Below, piece after piece: positions 58,947-64,000 of a stretch of 64,000 bases of DNA (positions are counted from its first letter, which is position 1; each line of letters starts with the position of its first letter). The notes beneath the pieces are model-generated. The model saw only the letters and a list, made by a program, of their open reading frames with translations. It was not told the origin of the DNA and searched no databases. Source of the stretch: an uncultured Candidatus Binatia bacterium (GTDB taxonomy: Bacteria > Desulfobacterota > Binatia > UBA9968 > JAJDTQ01); contig OZ244070.1 of NCBI GenBank assembly GCA_965215605.1, positions 1,376,001 through 1,440,000 of the forward strand. The letters are read 5' to 3'. The position numbers were made by a program, and so were the translations under genes.

Positions 58947-59939
58947 ATGAAGTCTCGAATAGTGGGCGTTCTGGCGGGCGCGTTTCTGGTGCTGGCCCTA
59001 GGTGCGGCGGCGCAGGCGAAGTGCGGCAAGGTGTCGATCTCCGAGATGAACTGGGACTCGGCGGCGGTGGCGGCGCACGTGGAGGCCATCATCCTGGCGA
59101 AGGGATACGGGTGTCAGGTGGAGTTGGTGCCCGGCGACACGGTGCCGACCGTGACGTCCATGACCGAGAAGGGTGAGCCCGACATCGCCCCGGAGATCTG
59201 GATCAATTCCGTCAAGGAAGTCGTGAACAAGGCGGAGAAGGAAGGACGGCTGAAAAAGGCCGGAGAGATCCTGAGCGACGGCGGCGAGGAAGGCTGGTGG
59301 GTGCCCGAGTACGTGGTCAAGGCAAACCCGGAGCTCACCACGCTGCAGGCTGTCATGAAGCGCCCCGACCTGTTCGCGGACAAGGAAGAGCCCGGCAAGG
59401 GCCGCTTCTACGGCTGTCCCTCGGGATGGGCCTGCCAGATCATCAACGCCAACCTGTTCAAGGCCTACGAGCTCGACAAGGCCAAGTTCACGCTGTTCGA
59501 TCCGGGGTCCGGCGCCGGGCTGGCGGGAGCCATCGCCAAGGCCTACGAGCGCAAGGAGCCCATCTTCACCTACTACTGGGCGCCCACGTCGGTGCTGGGC
59601 AAATACCCCATGGTGAAGCTCGGCGGCATGAAGCACGACCCCGCGACGTACAAGTGCATCACCGACAAGGACTGCGCCGACCCGAAGCCTAACATGTACC
59701 CGAAATCCGCGGTGCTGACCTACGTGGTAGGCAAGTTCGCGGAGAGGGAGCCGGATGCGTTCAAGTTCGTGTCGAGCGTGTCGTGGCCCAACTCGGTGGT
59801 GAACAAGCTGCTGGCGTGGAAGGCCGACAAGAAGGCCGACGCGAAAGAGACCGCGGACCATTTCATAAAGACCGGCGGCGACGTGTGGACGAAATGGGTA
59901 TCGGCGGACGTGGCGGCCAAGGTGAAGGCCGGCATGTAG
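58947..59939 (+). CDS. glycine betaine/proline-type ABC substrate-binding protein (orphan in window)
   Basis: Signal peptide, MNWDSA, PEIW, GCPSGWAC, YYWAPT; AAGGAGG RBS. Confidence 0.88.
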   Translation: MKSRIVGVLAGAFLVLALGAAAQAKCGKVSISEMNWDSAAVAAHVEAIILAKGYGCQVELVPGDTVPTVTSMTEKGEPDIAPEIWINSVKEVVNKAEKEGRLKKAGEILSDGGEEGWWVPEYVVKANPELTTLQAVMKRPDLFADKEEPGKGRFYGCPSGWACQIINANLFKAYELDKAKFTLFDPGSGAGLAGAIAKAYERKEPIFTYYWAPTSVLGKYPMVKLGGMKHDPATYKCITDKDCADPKPNMYPKSAVLTYVVGKFAEREPDAFKFVSSVSWPNSVVNKLLAWKADKKADAKETADHFIKTGGDVWTKWVSADVAAKVKAGM

Positions 59940-59981
59940 CGGCAGTGCAGGCGCGAAGAACGGCCTGAGTATACTGTCGAA

Positions 59982-60013
59982 GGTTCCTGGAGGCAGGGTT
60001 GTCTCCAGGAACC
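59982..60013. terminator. 14-bp stem hairpin downstream of the substrate-binding protein gene (no U tract)
   Basis: ggttcctggaggca-gggt-tgtctccaggaacc. Confidence 0.4.
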
Positions 60014-60187
60014 GCTCGCCGACGGGTTCCTGTCCTCGGAGCCCGCGCCGGGGGCTTCCGGACTCCTACCGCCAGTCTTGCGCATCCTTCCTGGGAAATT
60101 TTCTTCTCCTTTGGAGTGTGAATATACTCCTCAGCATAAGAACACTCATTCCGCTTCAAGGTCAGGAGTCCACGAAAGGAGACCGCC

Positions 60188-60922
60188 ATGTACGGGCACC
60201 GCGCGCGCATCGGATACACGTCGCCGCCCATCGTCACCGAGGTCTTTCCCTACGAGTTCTACAAGATGGCGCCGCCGGGGATCACCCTGGCACTGACCAC
60301 CCTCATGGTGGCGCGGCACTCGGCCGAGTCCGGGGAGGCCGAAGAGAGCTGGAACCACGCGGTCCGGGCCACCCGGGAGATGGTCCGGGCCGGCGTGGAC
60401 ATCATCGTCTTCGGCGGCGGCCCGGTGAACTACTCCGGGGGCGCCCAGCGGGTCGAAGACGCCATGCAGGCGCTGAGGGACGAGTCCGGCATCCCCGTCA
60501 CCAACAGCACCACCGCCTACCACCAAGCGGACGCCGTGCTGGGGGCGAAGGTCGTGGGGTCGGTCACCTACTCATCGGCGCCGGGAAGCACCGAGCACCT
60601 GCCCAACGAGCGCTTCACCGACCCGGACAAGACCGCCCTGGTGGGCCAGAAGTTCGCCGGCGTGCCGTTCATCGAGGTGGGCGCGATCCCCTCCGAGGTG
60701 CCGCTGCGGCTGGCCCGGGAGCTCAAGCAGGAACACCCGGACATCGACACCATCCACCTGGGCTCCCCCCACTGGGCCACCGGCGCCGTCATCGAGACCC
60801 TGGAGCAGGACCTCGGGGTCAACGTCGTGCAGGGCAGCCAGGCCATCCTGTGGTGGGCGCTGCGCACCCTGGGGATCGAGGACCGCATCGCGGGGTACGG
60901 AAAGCTGCTGAGGGAGCACTAG
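60188..60922 (+). CDS. maleate isomerase/arylmalonate decarboxylase (Asp/Glu racemase) superfamily protein
   Basis: MYG.RARIG..SP, GIPVT, IETLEQDLG.NVV...QAILWWALR...GYGKLL; AAGGAG RBS. Confidence 0.8.
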   Translation: MYGHRARIGYTSPPIVTEVFPYEFYKMAPPGITLALTTLMVARHSAESGEAEESWNHAVRATREMVRAGVDIIVFGGGPVNYSGGAQRVEDAMQALRDESGIPVTNSTTAYHQADAVLGAKVVGSVTYSSAPGSTEHLPNERFTDPDKTALVGQKFAGVPFIEVGAIPSEVPLRLARELKQEHPDIDTIHLGSPHWATGAVIETLEQDLGVNVVQGSQAILWWALRTLGIEDRIAGYGKLLREH

Positions 60923-61066
60923 GCGGCCCGCCGGGCACCCGTGCCCCACCCCTCCCGCCGCCGCCCGGTCCGTCCCTTTACCTCCACCGGCGACCGGAGT
61001 AGATTCCCCCCTGCCAACTCTGGACCACCGCTCCCCGAGGGCGAGCGGAACAGACCGGGAGGGGAA

Positions 61067-62083
61067 ATGCTGCCCGACATGCCACGAGAACAGCGGCTGG
61101 AGCTGCTGCGGAAGATGCTCATGATCCGGCGCGCGGAAGAGCACGTCGTCCGGTTCAACGAGGAACACGAGGGCCTCATCCGGGGCCACTTTCACATCTA
61201 CATCGGCCAGGAGGCCACCGGCGCCGGCGTCTGCGCCGCGCTGGCCCCGGAGGACTACGTGTTCAGCACCCACCGGAACCACGGGCACGTCATCGCCAAG
61301 GGCGGCGACCCCGGCAAGGTGCTGGCGGAGATCATCGGCCGGGAGACCGGCTACTGCCTGGGGCGCGGCGGCACCTTCCACGTGGCGGCGCCGGACCTGA
61401 ACATGCCCCACACCTCCGCCATCGTCGGCGGCAGCACGGCCCTGGCCTCGGGGGCGGCGCTGGCCGCCCAGTTGCAGGAGACCGGCGCGGTCACGGTGGC
61501 CTTCTTCGGCGACGGCGCCATGGACGAGGGGGTCTTCTACGAGAGCCTGAACATGGCCAGGCTGTGGGAGCTGCCGGTGATCTTCCTGATGGAGAACAAC
61601 TACCGGCGGGCCGGACGGGTCAACGAGGGCGCCAACGACCTGGCCAAAATTCCGCGGGCGCTCAACGTCGAGACCACCACGGTGGACGGGGGCGACGTCG
61701 GTCAGGTGTACGGCACGGTCAGGGAGCTGGTCCGGCGCATCCGGTCCGGCGAGGGACCGTTCTTCGTCGAAGCCAGCACCCATCCGTGGCCGGGCAACGA
61801 CGGCGCCCATCCCGAGCTGGTGGGCGGGGTCACCGACATCGAGTGGGCGTGGGACCCGAGCCCGGTGCCCGAGAAGGTGCGGCCCTGGTATGCCGAGGGC
61901 GACGGCATCCTGGCCTACGCGCGGGAACTGGCGGAGAGCGCGGACTGCGACCGGGACACGGTGGTGCGGGTGGACGAAGAGGTGCGGCGGGAGGCCGACG
62001 CCGCCGCGGAGTTCGCCCTGACGAGCCCGCTGCCGGCGGCAGCGGAAGCGGTCAAGTACGCGTACGCGGGAAGGGGTGACTAG
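61067..62083 (+). CDS. TPP-dependent dehydrogenase E1 alpha subunit (AcoA/PdhA-like)
   Basis: HIYIGQEA, THRNHGH, FFGDGA...ENN TPP motif. Confidence 0.9.
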   Translation: MLPDMPREQRLELLRKMLMIRRAEEHVVRFNEEHEGLIRGHFHIYIGQEATGAGVCAALAPEDYVFSTHRNHGHVIAKGGDPGKVLAEIIGRETGYCLGRGGTFHVAAPDLNMPHTSAIVGGSTALASGAALAAQLQETGAVTVAFFGDGAMDEGVFYESLNMARLWELPVIFLMENNYRRAGRVNEGANDLAKIPRALNVETTTVDGGDVGQVYGTVRELVRRIRSGEGPFFVEASTHPWPGNDGAHPELVGGVTDIEWAWDPSPVPEKVRPWYAEGDGILAYARELAESADCDRDTVVRVDEEVRREADAAAEFALTSPLPAAAEAVKYAYAGRGD

Positions 62084-62085
62084 CC

Positions 62086-63063
62086 ATGGCGCGCGAGATG
62101 ACGTTGGGGGAGGCTCTGGTCGAGGGATTGGCCGAGGCCATGGAGCAGGACTCGCGGGTGGTGCTGATCGGCGGCGGCTTGGTGAGCTCGGGTCCGGCCG
62201 CGGCTAAGTTCCGTTCGGTGCGCGAGCGCCACGGACGCCGCATCAAGTCGCCGCCCATCGCCGAGCTGGGCTACTGCGGCATCGCCGCGGGGGCGGCCAT
62301 GGCCGGGTTGCGGCCGCTGGTGGACATCGGCACCGCGACGTTTTCCTACGAGGCCATTCCGCAGATCAACAACGAAGCGGCCGTCGCCTATTCCAACTCC
62401 GGCGGCCGGACCAACGTGCCGGTGACCTACTTCATGCGCTACGGCATCCGGGGCGGCGGCGGGGTACAGCACTCCGGCAGCCCCCAGCCTTGGTACTGGA
62501 ACACCCCGGGGCTGCAGGTGGCCATGCCCGCCACGCCGGCGGACGCCAAGGGGCTGCTGCGGACGGCGCTGCTGAAGAGCCAGGACCCCACCATGTTCTT
62601 CGCCCACGAACGGTTGCTGGGCGAGCGCGGACCGGTGCCGGACGGGGAGTACGAGACGGAGTTCGGACAGGCCGCGGTGGCCCGGGAAGGCAGCGACGTC
62701 ACCATCGTGGCCGCGGGCGTCCAGGTGCCCCGTGCGCTGGCGGCCGCCGAAGCCCTGGCCGCGGACGGCATATCGGCCGAGGTGGTGGACCCGAGGACGC
62801 TGGAGCCCCTGGACACCGGCACGCTGCTGGCGTCGGTGGGGAAGACCGGACGGCTGGTGGTCACCGACGAGAGCCACGACAACTGCGGCGTCGCCGCCGG
62901 GCTGGCCGCGCTGATGGCGGACCTGGCCTTCGCAAGCCTGAAGGCGCCCATCAAGCGGGTCGCCATCCCCCACGTGCCCGTGCCCTTCGCCGTGCCCCTG
63001 GAAGACTACGTGACCCCGACGGCCGGACGCATCGAGGAGGCGGCGCGGGCGGTGATGGGGTGA
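62086..63063 (+). CDS. TPP-dependent dehydrogenase E1 beta subunit
   Basis: PIAE, GLRP, QHS, PATPADAKGLL, DPRTLEPLD, SVGKTGRL. Confidence 0.92.
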   Translation: MAREMTLGEALVEGLAEAMEQDSRVVLIGGGLVSSGPAAAKFRSVRERHGRRIKSPPIAELGYCGIAAGAAMAGLRPLVDIGTATFSYEAIPQINNEAAVAYSNSGGRTNVPVTYFMRYGIRGGGGVQHSGSPQPWYWNTPGLQVAMPATPADAKGLLRTALLKSQDPTMFFAHERLLGERGPVPDGEYETEFGQAAVAREGSDVTIVAAGVQVPRALAAAEALAADGISAEVVDPRTLEPLDTGTLLASVGKTGRLVVTDESHDNCGVAAGLAALMADLAFASLKAPIKRVAIPHVPVPFAVPLEDYVTPTAGRIEEAARAVMG

Positions 63064-63106
63064 GGGGGGACCCTCCCGGGGTCCAGTGGCGGGGCGGCGG
63101 GGCCGC

Positions 63107-63859
63107 CTATTCGGACTCCCGGTACTCCCGCGCGAACGCGCACAATCGTTCCACGCACAACTCGAACAGCTCGCCGCCCTTCTCGGGGGTGGCGAGGGTG
63201 GAGTCGCCCATGACGCCCGAGGGCGACAGGTCCTCCCGCGGCGTCTGGATGTAGCCCCCTACCCTGCGCACGAAGTCGGGCATCTGCGGGCCGAGGTGGG
63301 TTTCGAGGCTGCCCTGGGCGGCCAGCTCCCCGCGCAGATGCTGGTTGATGGAGGTCTCCACCGCGCCGGCGTGGCCCACGCGGCCGCCCGGCATGTTCTC
63401 GTCCGGGAACAGCCGGTCCATGTCCTCGTTCACCAGTCCGAACCAGTTCAGCACCACGATCCGGATCCCTTCCTCGTCCTGAAGCGCCGACACCGTCGCC
63501 CGCGACAGCGCCACCTGGCCGCCGTGGCCGTTGAACAGCGCGATGCGCGTGAACCCGTGCCGGTGCACCGACCGGACGATCTCTCGGATCAACGCCGACC
63601 AGGTGCCGGCGGTGAGGCTGATGCTGCCGGGGAAGTTCTTGTTGCTGGGCGTGAAGCCGAAGGGCACCGTGGGCCCCACCAGGATATCCGGGTCCCGCCG
63701 CGCCGCCGCCCGGGCCATCTCCTGGGCGAAAAACGCGTCCGTGTCCAGCGGCAGGTGATGCCCATGCTGCTCGATGACGCCGATGGGAATGATCACCACG
63801 CACCCCTTCTCGGCGCACTCCTTGATCCGCGGCCAACTCAGTTCTTGCCATATGGGCAT
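63107..63859 (-). CDS. creatininase-family amidohydrolase
   Basis: PIGVIEQHGHHLPLDTD, NGHGG, GHAGAVETS, SPSGVMGD..LATPEKG; AGGAGG RBS. Confidence 0.92.
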   Translation of the reverse strand: MPIWQELSWPRIKECAEKGCVVIIPIGVIEQHGHHLPLDTDAFFAQEMARAAARRDPDILVGPTVPFGFTPSNKNFPGSISLTAGTWSALIREIVRSVHRHGFTRIALFNGHGGQVALSRATVSALQDEEGIRIVVLNWFGLVNEDMDRLFPDENMPGGRVGHAGAVETSINQHLRGELAAQGSLETHLGPQMPDFVRRVGGYIQTPREDLSPSGVMGDSTLATPEKGGELFELCVERLCAFAREYRESE

Positions 63860-64000
63860 CGTGGTCCTCCTGGCGGTTCACGGCGCTTCCCGCCGGTTTG
63901 GGACGCGGGCTAGGACTTCCTCGCCGAGCCTCGGCGGCGAGAGCTCGCCCGCTTCGGAGCATCCGCGTCCGTGGATCGCCCCGTTACCCACTCCATCATC

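Noticed and set aside
63107-63859. Mycofactocin peptidase MftE
   Set aside because: No other mft genes in the window; only family-level creatininase motifs

Overview
High-GC bacterial chromosomal window. It contains no rRNA, tRNA, CRISPR array or recognisable IS/transposase; the gene content suggests a deltaproteobacterial-grade diderm (inference only). In order: the 5' end of greA; an orphan oppD/oppF-like ATPase pair; a tightly coupled 7-gene operon of unknown function (small protein, DUF6754-like protein, three further membrane proteins, an elongated GlmL/MutL-like ASKHA ATPase, and a barrel-sandwich/KOW-like protein) with no B12 mutase next to it; a Yej-type peptide ABC transporter with a permease-ATPase fusion; housekeeping genes (LolB-like and TPR lipoproteins, ligA, rsmI, split NAD synthetase, amgK-murU); a porin, an orphan NarL-type regulator and an MFS transporter; a 1.9-kb ABC-type ATPase + PIN island flanked by a perfect 36-bp direct repeat; a ~21-kb surface-glycan locus (glycosyltransferases, wecB, epimerase, several methyltransferases, a NoeA/NoeB-like triad, GMC oxidoreductase and a divergent aldo-keto reductase); and a catabolic end cluster. 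Seven small, self-promoted, repeat-expanded membrane coiled-coil genes are scattered through the window, three of them DUF1640/CCDC90-like and some apparently leaderless. The strongest candidates for undescribed systems are the ASKHA-ATPase membrane operon (2576-9294), the ATPase-PIN island (32307-34300) and the coiled-coil cassette family. All family calls come from motif recognition by eye; no searches were run.
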